Shown one piece after another: positions 1 to 13,620 of a stretch of 64,000 bases of DNA; positions within the stretch are counted from its first letter, which is position 1; every line of letters starts with the position of its first letter. A program made the translations under genes and the position numbers. Below the pieces are notes generated by a model. That model was not told the DNA's origin, did not search any database, and saw only the letters and a program-made list of their open reading frames with translations. The stretch is from the human T2T-CHM13v2.0 reference genome, Homo sapiens, in the NCBI RefSeq assembly GCF_009914755.1, contig NC_060929.1; one strand, given 5' to 3'.

Positions 1-299
1 AAAGCTTAGGAAAGAAGAGAACTGAGGACTGAATAGAGAACAGGAGGTAGGATGATTATTTGTGGTAACTGATTCAGGCTGTGTGCTTAGGACAAATCAG
101 GAATTTGCAGCAAGCGTAGGGTGTGTGATCTGAGAAAGGGGAGAAATTAGTTTGCCTATGTTAGATAACTCCTGAAGCATGCAGTTCCAATGGAACCTGG
201 CATCCTGTCAGGTACATGGGTGTTAAAAATGGTCCAGAGTCATTGAAACTCTTCATTTTCCAAACATAAGCAACGGCTGAACACACTCTATTCTAATAA

Positions 300-436
300 T
301 TTTATAAACTAAAGCACATAGAACTCCCCGAAAATAAATATTCATCCTTGAAGATGAGCTCATGTTTAAAAATTACAAATTACATAAGTGAGATCTAGCA
401 GATGCAACAAATGGAATAATTAGTATTTTAAGATCT
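300..436 (+). mobile_element. Ancient L1ME/HAL1-like ORF1-region fragment, left part
   Basis: A-rich sequence resembling the start of an old L1 ORF1; appears to continue at 8443 after the intervening L1MB insertion. Confidence 0.35.
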
Positions 437-1845
437 AAACATTTTTCCAATTTTTTTATTGTGTTAACATACACATAACATAAAATTTACATCTTAACTA
501 TATTTAAGTGTACAGTTCAGTGGTATTAAATACATTTATAATGTTTGTTGTGTAACCATCAACACCATCCGTCTCTATAACTTTCCATCTGATAAAATGA
601 AACACTGTATTACCCTTTAAACAGTAACTCCCCATTTCCTCCTTGCCCCAACCTCTGGCCACCATCTTTCTACTGATTTTTGCTATGATTTTGATTACTA
701 TAAGTACCTCATGTGAGTGGAATCATACAGTATTTGTTTTTTGTGACTGACCTATTTCACTTGGCACAGTGTCCTTAAGGCTTATCCATGTTGTAGCATA
801 TGTAAGAATTTCCTTCCTTTTTAAGATTAAATAAAATTCCATTGTGTGTAGATACTGCATTTTGCTTATCCATACATCTGTTGATGGACACTTATGTTGT
901 TTCCACACTTTAGTATTGTGAATAGTGGTATTTAAACATGGTTATACACATATTCCTTTGAGAGTCTGTTTTAAATATGGGGAGTATATATGCAGAAGAG
1001 GAACTACTGGATTATATGGTAACTCTGTTTTTAATTTTTTGAGGAACTTCCATACTGTTTTCTACAGCAGGTGTACCATTTTACATTCCCACCCAGAGTG
1101 TGCATGGGATTCAATTTCTCCACATCCTTGCCAACACTTGTTATTTTCTGTTTTCTTGATAGCAGCCATCCAGATAGGTGTCAGGTGGTATCTCATTGTA
1201 GTTTTGATTTGCATTTTCCTGATGATTAGTGATGTTGAGCAACTTTTCATGTGCTAATTGGCCATTTGTATACCTTCTTTAAAGAAATGTCTATTCAAGT
1301 CCTTTGCCCATTTTTGAATGGGGTTGCTATTGTTCTTTTTATAAATGTTTGATAGAATTCACCAGTGAAGCCATCTAATTCAGGGCTTTTCTTTGTTGGG
1401 AGATTTGTGATGAAGGAATCAATTACCTTACTAGTTATAGGTCTATCCAGATTTTCGATTTTTGTGATTTAGTCTTGGTAGGTTTTGCGTTTCTAGAAAT
1501 TTACCCATTGTATTTAGGTTATACAATTTGTTGGTGTACAATTATTTATAGTACTCTTTGTAAATCCTTTATATTTCTGTAGACTTAGTAGTAATGTTTC
1601 CATTTCCCCATTTTCATTTTCTAATTTTAGTAATTTGAGTCTTTTCTCTTTTTTCTTGGTTAAACTAGCTAAAAATTTGTCAATTTTGTTGATCTTTATA
1701 CAAAACCAACTTTTGATTGATTTTTCTGTGTTTTTTTAATTCCGTGTTTCATTTGTCTTTTGTCTAAATCTTTATTATTATTATGATTATTTAAATTTGT
1801 TTTGCTCTCCTTTTTCTAGTTTCTTCAGTTCTAAAGTAAGATTAT

Positions 1846-4084
1846 TGATATGGTTTGGCTGTGTCCCCACCCAAATCTCATTTTGAATTGTAGTTTCCAT
1901 AATCCTCATGTGTCATTGGAGTGACCCAGTAGGAGGTAATGTAACCATGGGGGTGGTTACTCTCATGCTGTTCTCAGGATAGTGAGTTCTCATGAGATCT
2001 GATGGTTTTATTATATAAGGGGTTTTCCCCCTTTTGCTCAGCACTTCTCCTTCCTGCTGCCATGTGAAGAAGGAGAGGTTTGCTTCCCCTTCCTCCATGA
2101 TCGTAAGTCTCCTGAGGCTTCCCCAGTCCTGTGGAACTGTGAGCCAATTAAATCTCTTTCCAATATTAATTACCCAATAAATTGGTACCACAAAGAGTGG
2201 GGCGCTGCTGTAGAGGCCCAGAAATGTGGAGGTGACTTTGGAACCAGGTAACAGGCAGAGATTGGAGCCATTTCGAGGGCTCAGAAGAAGCAGGAAAATG
2301 TGGGAAAGTTTGCAACTTCCTAAAGACTTGTTAAATGGCTTTGACCAAAATGCTGATGGTGATATGGACAACAAAGTCCAGGTTGAGGTAGGCTCAGATG
2401 GAGATGAGGAACTTGTTGGGAACTGGAGTAAAGGTCACTCTTGCTATACAAAGCGACTGGTAGCATTTTACGTCTGCCCTAGCGATCTGTGGAACTTTGA
2501 ACTTGAGAGAGATGATTTAGGGTATCTGGTGGAAGAAATTTCTAAGCAGCAAAGTGTTCAAGAGTAAGCAGAGCATAAAAGTTTTGAAAATTTGCAGCCT
2601 GACAATGTGATAGAAAAGAAAACCCCATTTTCTGGGGAGAAATTCAAACTGGCTACAGAAATTTTCATATGTAATGAGGAGCCAAATGTTAATCACCAAG
2701 ACAATGAAGAAACGTCTCCAGCGCATGTCAGAGACCTTCACAGCAGCCACTTCCATCACAGATCAGGAAGCCTAGGGGTTGAAAAGTGGTTTCCTGTGCC
2801 AGACTGAGAACCCCCTTGCTCTATGCAGCCTCGGGACATGGGGCCCTGCATTCTGGCTGCTTCAGCTCCAGCGTGGCTAAAAGGGGCCAACATACAGCTC
2901 AGACTGTTGCTTCAGAGTGTGCAAGCCCCAAGCCTTGGTAGCTTGCACCTGATGTTGAACTTGTGGATGCACAGAAGTTAAGAATTGAGGTTTGGGAGCC
3001 CCCGTCTAGATTACAGAGGATGTATGAAAACACCTGGATATCTAGGCAGAAGTTTGCTGCAGGGGTAGAGCCCTCATGGAAATCCTCTTCTAGGACAGTG
3101 CAGAAGGAAAATATGGTCAGAGCCCCCACACGGAGTACTCACTGAGACACTGCCTGGTAGAGCTCTGAGAAGAAGGCCACCATCCTTTGGATACCAGAAT
3201 GGTAGATCCACTGACAGCTTGCACTGTGCACCTGGAAATCCACAGACACTCAATGCCAGTCCAAGAAATCAGCCAGGAGTGAGGCTGTACCCTGCAAAGC
3301 CACAGAGATGAAGCTGCCCAAGGCCATGGGATCCCACCTCTGGCATCAGCATGAGCTGTATGTGAGACATAGAGTTAAAAGAGATTATTTCGGAGATTTT
3401 AGATTTAAATACTGCCTCATTGGATTTTGGACTTGCATGGGACCTGTAGCCTCTTGTTTTGGCCAATTTCTCCTATTTGGAGTGGGTGTATTTACCCAAT
3501 GCCTGAGCCCCCATTGTATCTAGGAAATAACTAACTCACTTTTGATTTTACAGGCTCATAGGTGGAAAGGACTTGACTTGTCTCAGATGAGACTTTGAAC
3601 TTGGACTTTTGAGTTAATGCTGGAATGAGTTAAGACTTTGGGGGACTGTTGGAAGGGCATGATTGTGTTTTGAAATGTGAGGACATGAGATTTGTGGGGG
3701 GCCAGGGGAAGAATGGTATGGTTTGGCTGTGTCCCCATGCAAATCTCATCTCGAATTATGGTTCCCATAATCCCCACATATTGTGTGAGGGACCCAGTGG
3801 GAGGTAATTTCATCATTGGGGTGGTTACCCTCATGCTGTTCTTGTGTTAGTGTGTGAGTTGTGATGACATCTGATGGTGTTATTATACAAGGGGCTTTAC
3901 CCCCTTTGCTCAGCACTTCTTCCGGCCGCCATATGAAGGACATGTTTGATTCCCCTTCCGCCATGATTGTAAGTTTCTTGATGCCTCCTCAGCCCTGCTG
4001 AACTGAGTCAATTAAACCTCTTTTATTTATAAATTACCCAGTCTCAGGCAGTTCTTTATAGCCGTATGACAACAGACTAATACA
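1846..4084 (+). mobile_element. Complete THE1 (THE1C/D-like) MaLR element: 5'LTR 1846-~2176, internal region, 3'LTR 3714-4084
   Basis: Both LTRs begin tgatatggtttggctgtgtcccc-like; the 3' LTR ends gactaataca. 5-bp TSD attat at 1841-1845 and 4085-4089. Typical THE1-int ORF relics at 2226-2567. Confidence 0.95.
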
Positions 4085-4570
4085 ATTATTGATTTGAGAT
4101 TGTTCTCATTTTATAAGTGTTCATAGCTATAAATTTCCCCCTTAGCACTACTTTTACTGTGTTTCATATTTGGTATGTTGTGTTTTCATTTTCATTTGTC
4201 TCTAACTACTTTCTAACTTCCATTGTGATATCCTGTTTGATCCATTGGTTCTTTAAGAGTGTGTTGTTTGATAGCCATAAATTTGTAAATTTTCCATTTT
4301 TCTTTCTGTCATTGATTTTGAACGTCATCCTGTTGTGGCTGAAGAATATACTTTGTATGATATCTATCTTTTCAAATCTATTGAGACTTAATTTGTGGCC
4401 TGACACATGATCCATCCTGGGACATGTCCCATGTACACTTGAGAAAAGTGTGTATTCTGTCATTATTGAATAGGTTGTTCTGTATATATCTGTCAGATCT
4501 AGTTAGTTTGTCATGTTATTTAAGTCCAATATGTCCTTATCTTCTGTCTGGTTATCTATTAAGAATGGGG

Positions 4571-5174
4571 TGATATGATTTGGCTCTGTGTCCCCACCCA
4601 AATCTCATCTCAAATTAGAATCCCCATGTGTTGAGGGAGGGACCTGTAATCCACATATGTCGAGGGAGGGAGGTGATTGAATCACAGGGGAAGTTTCCAC
4701 CATGCAGTTCTAATAATAGTGAGTGAGTTCTCATGAGATCTGATGGTTTCATAAGTGTTTGGAAGTTCCTCCTTCTATCTCTTCCTCCTTCTATCTCTCT
4801 CTCCTGCTGCCTTATGAAGGTGCTTGCTTCCCCTTCATCTTCCACCATGACTGGAATTTTTCTGAGGCCTCCCCAGCCATGTGGAACTGTGAGTCAATTA
4901 AACAAAACTCTTTCCTATGTAAATAATCCTGTCTTGGGTATTTCTTCATAGCAGTATGAAAATGGACTAATACAGTAAATTGGTACCAGGAGTGGGGCAA
5001 TAGTATAAAGATACTTGAAAATGTGGAAGCAGCTTTGGAACTGGGTAATGGGCAGAGGTTGGAATAGTTTGGAGGGCTCAGAAGAAGACAAGAAGATGTA
5101 GGAAAGTTTGGAGCTTCCTAGAGACTTGTTGAAATGGTTTTGTCCAAAGTGCTGATAGTGACATGGACAATGAA
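4571..5174 (+). mobile_element. MSTA/THE1D-like LTR (4571-4974) plus truncated internal region
   Basis: Runs tgatatgatttggctctgtgtcccc ... ggactaataca, then the internal start gtaaattggtacc. It stops abruptly and L1 sequence resumes. Confidence 0.9.
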
Positions 5175-5244
5175 TATCCTTCTTTGCCTCTTGTAATCTT
5201 TTTAAATTTAAAGTATATTTTGTCTGATATTAGTATAGCTACCC

Positions 5245-5270
5245 TGCTTGCTTGCTTGCTTGCTTGCTTG

Positions 5271-5343
<73 letters not shown>

Positions 5344-5362
5344 TTTCTTCCTTTCTTTCTTT
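5245..5362. repeat. Compound STR (GCTT)n(CTTT)n derived from an Alu tail
   Basis: Directly visible tetranucleotide arrays. Confidence 0.95.
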
Positions 5363-5634
5363 CGACAGAGTCTTGCTCTGTCACCCAGGCTGAGGTGCAG
5401 TGGCATAATCTTGGCTCGCTGCAACCTCTGTTTCTCACATTCAGGCAATTCTCATGTCTCAGCCTCTCGAGTAGCTGGGATTACAAGCAAGTGCCAACAT
5501 ACCTGGCTAATTTTTGTATTTTTGGTAGAGATGGGGTTTGGCCAGGCTGGTCTCAAACTCCTGGCCTCAAGTAGGCCAGCCACCTTGGCCTCCCAAAGTG
5601 CTGGGATTACAGGTGTGAGCAACCATGCCCGGCC
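5363..5634 (-). mobile_element. Alu (AluJ-like)
   Basis: Reverse Alu ending cccggcc; heavily diverged; J-type ctcctggcctcaag. Confidence 0.9.
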
Positions 5635-7962
5635 TTGCTTTCTTTTAAATATTATTAGCATGTGCTTTTTTTTAATCTTTGCATTTTCAACTTGTTTGCA
5701 TCTTTGGATATAAAGTGAATCTTTTGTAGACAGCATGTAGTTGGATCCTCTATTTTTATCCATTCTGCTATTTGTCTTTTATTTATCTTTTGATTGCAGA
5801 GGTTAAGCCATTTACATTTTAAATAATTACTGATAAAATACTTACTTCTGTCATTCTGTTGTTTTTAATATGCTTTATAGTTTTTGTCCTTAATTTCCTG
5901 CATTGCTATCGTCTTTTGTGTTAAGTTGATTTTGTTTTTGTATTAAAATGTTTAAATTCTTTCTTATTTCCCTTTTTACATAATCTCTCACCATCTTTCT
6001 TTGCAGTTACCATGGATATTACATTTAACATCCTAAAGTTATAACACTCCAATTTAAATTTATCAGTTTAACTTCAATAACATATACAGACTCTACTTCT
6101 TAATAGCTATGTTTCTACCCCTTTTAGTTGTTGATGTTACAAAATTAAATCCTTATACATATATATCCAAAGGCATAAACTAATAATTTTTTTAAGAGCA
6201 TTAGTCTCTTAAATTACATGGAAAACAAAATGTGCATTACAAGCCAAAATTAAAATAACACTAGCTTTTAGACTAATAACTATTTTTAAAAAATGTATTA
6301 GTTTCTTAAATTATGGAGAAAACAAAAAATAGAGTTACAAACCATTGTTAAAATAATACTCACTTTTATAGTTGCTGGTGTATTTTTCTTTATTTCTTCA
6401 TATGGCTTTGAATTGCTGTCTAGTGTCCTTTCATTTTGCCCTGCAAAATACCATTGAGCATTTATTGCAGAGCAGGTCTAGTGGTAATGAACTCCTTCAG
6501 CTTTTGTTTTTCTGGGGCAGTTTTAATTTCTCCCTGGCTTTTGAAGGACAGTGTTGCTGGATATAGGATTTTTGGTTGACAGGTTTTTGTTTGTTTTTGT
6601 TTTTTTTTCCTTTTAACACTGTGAACATATTGGCTCACTGCCTTCTGGTCTCCCAAGTTTCTGGTAAGAAATCTGCTAATTATCTTGTTAAGGATCCCTT
6701 GTATGTGATGAGTCACTTCTGTCTAGCTGCTTTCAGGACTCTCTGTCTTTGTCTTTCAAAAGTTTGATTATAATATATCTCAGTATGGCTCTCTTTGCAT
6801 TCATCTTATTTAGAGTTTGTTAAGCTTCTTAAATGTTTATATGCATGCCTTCCATCAAACTTGGAAAGTTTTCAGCCATTATTTCTTCAAATAATAAGAA
6901 ATATTATTTTTTCCCCATTTTCCCATTTCTCTCTTCTCCTTCTGGAATACCCAAAATGCATATGTTGTTTGGCTTGATGGTTTCCCACATGTTCTTTAGG
7001 TTTGTTCCCTTCCATTGTCCTATCTTCAGGTTTGCTGATTATTTCTTCTGACTGCTCAAATCTGCCTTTGAATCCCTCTAGTAAAATTTTTATTTGTTAT
7101 TGTACTTTTCATCTTAGAATTTCTTTTTGGTTTCTTTTCAGATTTTTTATCTCTTTGTTGATATTTCCATTTTGTTTATACATAATTTTCTTGGCTTTCC
7201 CTGCATCTATCTTTAGTTACTGGAGCATCTTTAAGACAGTTATTTTAAAATCTTTGTCTAGTAGATCTACTATCATTTCTTTTTCAGGGACAATTTCTAT
7301 CAATTTGCTTTTTCCCTTAAATGTGCCATACTTTCCTGTTTTTTTCTGTGCCTTGTAATGTTTGTTGAAACTGAGCAGTTAAATCTAATAATATAAAGTC
7401 ATATTTTCCCCTCCTGTAAGGATTACTTTTCTCACTGTAGTTTTTGTTTATTTTTTGTTATTGTAGGCTATCCATATGCCAAAAATCAGCATGAGGTATA
7501 AATTAAGGTCTTCTTCGGTCTTTAATGAGTTTTCATCTTTCCCTGAGCATATACAGTTTTTAAATCTATAAATGCAAGTATTTTTGAATGTTCTAGTCTT
7601 TAATGTCTGGCTATGAAAAGTGGGAAAAGAGAAAAATAAAAGGAGGAAGGAAAAGGGCACTGGCCCTTTGTACCTCCTGGAAGTCACTTCAGCCAGAGTG
7701 GGAGGGGCTTACAACAATGTGAAAGGGAAGAAGCAGCAACAATGGCTGCCTACTTCTTTCTTTTTTTTCCCTCTGGTCAGAAGTAGCAATCAATGATGAG
7801 AACACAGATTCCTGATATTTATAGGACAGGATGCTTTTTGCCCACCGTGGCTCCCATAGGCTGTGTGCAAGCTGCTCCAAGAACATGTGCACAGCTGCCT
7901 GCTAAGGAACTAGGGATGGAGTTGCTACTGTGTAAAGAGCTGTAATTGATCTTAAAAATTTA

Positions 7963-8260
<298 letters not shown>

Positions 8261-8442
8261 AAAATTGCTTTACTGTCTAAGCCTTCCCCTGAAAGTTTCA
8301 AGCGTTCAGTAGACTCCAGATTCCAAGATGGTTACACTAGACAGATTCTGACAGTGAAATTGTTGTTTTGCTGGGAAGACAGATCCCTGGTGCATTCTAT
8401 CCTACCATTTTCCTAGAATACTCTCCTGAAACCAAACATTTT

Positions 8443-8900
8443 AAATTAGAAAGAATCTGTAATATGAGAATATTTAAAATTATTATAGAGATAAAAGAAT
8501 AAGTAGAAAATAAAATGTAACAACAAAATAATGTGAAAAAGAGCAGAGCAGATTAGAAAAAAAGAACCAAATAGTCTTCTAGGAATGAAAAATGCAGTAC
8601 TTCAAATTAACAGCATAAGAGATGGGTTAAATAGATGACTAGGTAGAGAAGAAGAGAGAATTTGTTGAACTCAATTATTGATTTAAGGAAAATTCCTAGG
8701 GTATCTGACAGATAAGATGGAAAGATTAAAGATCAGTTAATGGATAAAAGTGTTAGGATAAGCAGTATAACATATGCCATAAAGAGAATGGAGAAGAGGT
8801 AATATTTGAAGAAGTAATAATTTGTTATAAATGAAGATATATGTGGGTTTGCAGATTAAAGAAGCATCCCAATGTATTCCACATAGAATTTAAAAATCCA
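8443..8900 (+). mobile_element. Ancient L1ME/HAL1-like ORF1 fragment, right part
   Basis: A-rich coiled-coil-type ORF1 relic (gatgggttaaatag...gaagagagaatt; gtaatatttgaagaag). Confidence 0.6.
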
Positions 8901-9292
8901 AAAAACCACTCCCTACTTGTTATCTAGTATTATCCTCTTTATCAGAAACCTCATATTTCTAACATATCCCTGGTATTATAAGTAATGTACTATGAATAAA
9001 ATATGAACTAAAACAGACCCTATACTTGGGTAGTTCAGATTCATCATTATCATATTCACAATCTTCCTTAATGTTATCAGCAATAACATCTATCAAGGAC
9101 AAGAAACTGAGCTAAGCATTTTGAGTGCATTACTTCATTTTCTATTGAACTCCTATTTTATAGTTTTGCTAGACCAAGTGGAAGACAGCATCCTATGTCT
9201 TCTTTTGAATAAAATAAGGGAACCAAAATTAATTTTTCCATAAAATTTTCTGTGTTTTCTGACATCCTAGGAGAATATCTTTTTTACAAATA

Positions 9293-9416
9293 TGTTTATT
9301 GCAAGTCAAATAATAATTTGTAATGGATTATTTGTAATGGATGTACATTACATCTGTTTATTGCAAGTCAAATAATAATTTGTAATGGATTATTTGTAAT
9401 AGGTGTACATTACATC
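9293..9416. repeat. 62-bp tandem duplication (2 copies)
   Basis: 9293-9354 and 9355-9416 differ at 2 positions. Confidence 0.95.
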
Positions 9417-9539
9417 CAATCTAGTAATGGATGATTATTACTAGATTAATTTGTTAATTCAGTAGACATTTATTGGTTGCCTACTCTATACTCTAAGGTA
9501 TGTAAGCACTGTAATGTTTGAAGGCTGTACCACTTGTAG

Positions 9540-10045
9540 TTTGTGTGTACCAATACAACCTGACGTTTCGTGGCTCAAAATAATGTCTATCTACTCCTAA
9601 TTCTGTGAGTTGGCAAGATATGTAATCTTGTAAATTGTCAAGATATATAATATGTAAATTGTCCCAACTTGGGACAGTTAATTCCTGCTCCACATTGTGA
9701 TGGCTGGACTCACATATGAATTTGGACTTCAGGTGGGCTGTCTGGGATGGCTGGAACAGCAGAGACCTTATACTACATGCTCTTGTGTTCTTCACGAAGC
9801 CATCTGAACTTTTTCACATAGTGGTGGGAAAGTTCCCAGCAGCAAGAAAAGGTAAGCCCGAATGGGCAAGCACATTTCAAGCCTCTGTTGCATCACATTT
9901 GCTGATGTTATACTGGCCAAAGTGAGTCACATGGTCAAGCTCATAGTCTATGTGTATGTGGTTAGGGGGAGTAGCAGCTACCCAATGGTCATGGATGCAG
10001 GAAAACATGATTCACTGGGGTGTTTACTATAATGATTTACCTCAA
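9540..10045 (-). mobile_element. Old MLT1-type LTR (MLT1I/J/K-like)
   Basis: Contains ggcaagcacatttcaagcctctg, ctggccaaagtgagtcacatgg and similar MLT1 motifs. Confidence 0.65.
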
Positions 10046-10746
10046 GTATGATTAGAATTTTAACTGAAGTTCATGTCTTAATCAAAAATTATATGACAAA
10101 GAACATTTATGTCTCACTATCCCTTTAAAATTATAAGCCTCAGTCATTTTTTTAGATCATGATAGCCCATGTGATGTATTTACTAGGTAGATTTAGTTTC
10201 AATGGGTAGCCAACCTGAACTCTTCAGGTAAAAGCAGTCTTCCATGAAAATGACTTCTAAGAATCTGCCCATTTTATCTGGGTGAATGGGTCTCCTCCAG
10301 TCCCTCAATGTGCTCCTTTGGAGAGCTCGCCTGAGAGGCAGTGAATTATTACTTCTGCAGAAGGATCAAGTGATGAACCTTCCATTCATATCTCACTGCC
10401 ACGGGCAAAGAATTTCTTGACCTCTTTAGAAGCTGGAAGAAAGATGATGCCCCCTAGTACTTTGGACAGTTCAGCCTGCAAAAATAGAATTAATCATTAC
10501 TTTTAGGTCAACTCCTGAAACCGCTCCTTTATCATCATCCATCTTTTCCTAGAAGAGATTTTAAATTCCACTTTGTTAAAGAAAGAATACTGTTGCTCCT
10601 TTTTGTAAGGAGAGGGATAAGAGTTTTGAGAGGGCATTTTTTGAGGGGGAGGGTGGAGAGATTTTTAAACACCCACAGGTATAGTCGTGAAGGTCCTAAG
10701 GTTGTGAGGATTCTCGTGTCTTCAGAAAATTATCACTTGTACAGAC

Positions 10747-11230
10747 TGTAGTGGACATTTGTTACCAACAATTATTGTTCCTTTACTTCTTCCCTACAAT
10801 TCCAGATTTACATGTGGGAATTTATGTATTTTCTGGAAAGCTGGTTCTATCCCTGGCTTCAGAGCAAGAGCCTGAGACTGCAATCAGACAATCAGTGAAT
10901 TTTTTTCTTCTTGCCTTAGTTCAGATGTGGGCAGGTAACCTAATCTAGTATAATTGAATTGAATTTGTAGGAATACAGGGGAAATTTTATTTCCCTTCCT
11001 GCAAGATGAGGAGGAAAAAGCCATCTTTCTCAGGACCACAAAAGGGGCCAGCCCTAGGTGAAGAAACCAAACCACAGGCGGAGCAGCAAGATGGGAAGAG
11101 ATCAGGTCCAAGGTGACATCAGTGAGCTGCTGAATCAAACTTTACCTGAAGCAACTTTTCAGTTATATGAACCAATGAATTCCCTTTAAAAAAATCTAGT
11201 TAGACTATATTATGTGTAATCTAAAGCATC
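10747..11230 (+). mobile_element. Old MLT1K/L-like LTR
   Basis: tgtagtggac start; ttttcagttatatgaaccaatgaattcccttt near the end. Confidence 0.6.
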
Positions 11231-12177
11231 ACTTTACATTTGCAAGGTCCAGAAAAGTTATAAACAGAACTAATAAACTCTTAAATAAATCTTGGGTTGA
11301 CAAATATACTTTCATAGTGAAAAGTTAAAAGCTATGTGCAAAACAGCAGTTCATAAGAAATAACTATGGATAGTACAAATTCAAATTAATTTCTCATTTG
11401 CCAAAGACCATGATTTTTTCCAGGAAGGCTCATTGATCATGGCCACTGGCCTTGGACAGGAGGAAAGGAGGGGAAGGAATTTCTCTTTGCTTGTAGACTA
11501 GCCCATGCTCACTCCCAGACCCTCCTGGCTTTCTCTTCCTCCTTATGGGGGTAAAGACCCCTTTAACCCTCTCAAGGATTGACTGCATGCTCATCTATCC
11601 TCCTTTGATCCACCACCTGACTACCTTGTAAAGGTCCCTGTTGCAGCTTCAGGATTTTTTTTTCACCTTCCCAGTGCTACTCAGGTTACCACTTACCATA
11701 AATTGCCATCACCATTGCTACTCCCACTGGTATTAATCTTTTAAGTTCCTCAAAGAAACCTGAAGCTGGAAGGTCAGGCTTTCACATCCCCTCCAATCTA
11801 TTGTCCATAGCCTGTCCTCCTTATCTTTCCATATTTTCTCTGTCCTAAGGCAGAGTCTCGTGTGAAAGCATGCAGACACTCCAGCATGTAGGTCCCAGCT
11901 TTATTCACACATGTTGCAGCAGCTGCCCTTTCCTGTTCCTTAGGCCAAAGAGTATACAGAGTGGTGGTTTCACAGAAAGCTGGATCGAAGGAGAGGTCCA
12001 AGCAGGACCTGGAATTGGAATTAGGATCATTTGAGCAGGAGTTTCAGAGACCCTGTACCCACAGGCATTATATAGAAGAGGAAGCACAGACTCCCCTTGG
12101 CTCCTGTCTCTGTGGGAAGGCATGTGGTTGAGGAAGATGAGTGGCCCTCTAAAGCACAGGGGCAAGCACAGGGGAGC

Positions 12178-12410
12178 TTCTTTTCTCTTCTCTTTTCTCT
12201 CCTCTTTTCTCTCCTCTCTCCTCCCTTCTCCTCCCCTCTCCTCCCCTCTCCTCTTCTTCCCTCCCCTCCCCTCTCCTCCCCTCTCCTCTTCTCCCCTCCC
12301 CTCCCCTCCCCTCCCCTCCCCTCCCCTCCCCTCCCCTCCTCTTCTCTTCTCTTCTCTTCTCTTCTCTTCTCTTCTCTTCTCTTCTCTTCTCTTCTCTTCT
12401 CTTCTCTTCC
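12178..12410. repeat. Polypyrimidine low-complexity tract (CTCCC)n/(CTCTT)n
   Basis: About 230 bp of pure C/T abutting an L1 3' end. Confidence 0.95.
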
Positions 12411-12660
12411 TTTTTTAAAGTTCCAGGGTACATGTACAGGATGTGCAGGTCTGTTACATAGGTAAATGTGTGCCATGGTGGTTTGCTGCACCTATCAACC
12501 CGTCACCTAGGTATTAAGTCCAGCATGCATTAGCTCTTTTCCCTAATGTTCTCCCTGCCCCCACCTCCACCACCCTCCTGGACAAGCCCCAGTGAGTGCT
12601 GTTCCCCTCCCTGTGTCCATATGTTCACATTGCTCAGCTCCCACTTATGAGAACCTGCAG
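12411..12660 (-). mobile_element. 5'-truncated L1PA 3'UTR (L1PA8-11-like)
   Basis: Matches the L1PA 3' end: gggtacatgtacaggatgtgcagg...ggtggtttgctgcacctatcaacccgtcacctagg. Confidence 0.9.
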
Positions 12661-12989
12661 AGTTTTGTTCTCAGGTCTTAGAGGAATGCTAGTTTTAAGG
12701 TAAAATTTTGTGCACTACTCTTTTCCCTGTTACTCCAGTTTCCTTTTCGTTGCCCCCAGTTGTCTTTTTCCTCTTTGTTTTACCTTAGCAGTGTTTTTTC
12801 CTTTCTCCATGTCCCCTTGTCATTACTCTACTTTCCCTGCTTTTTTATACACCACAGATGGCTGGCTGCATATTCTCTTCCTTTTGGCCTTGCCAATGTG
12901 GGATTTCTAAAACAATTGATCATGTTTCATAGCATGTTCATAATAATCATTAAAATATCACTTTCCTTTACTCTCCATTCTACATGTAG

Positions 12990-13620
<631 letters not shown>

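Noticed and set aside
1930-3820. DUX4 sites in the THE1 LTRs
   Set aside because: Both are degenerate (taatgtaacca, taatttcatca) relative to TAATTGAATCA.
9293-9447. CRISPR-like or RNA-gene array
   Set aside because: Only two adjacent copies with no spacers, in a eukaryotic context.
10365-10525. C/D-box snoRNA (gtgatga ... ctga)
   Set aside because: No terminal stem or recognisable guide sequence; these motifs are common by chance.
12027-12491. R/E/G-rich and S/P/L-rich ORFs
   Set aside because: Artefacts of stop-free simple repeats; the same applies to 5163-5713.
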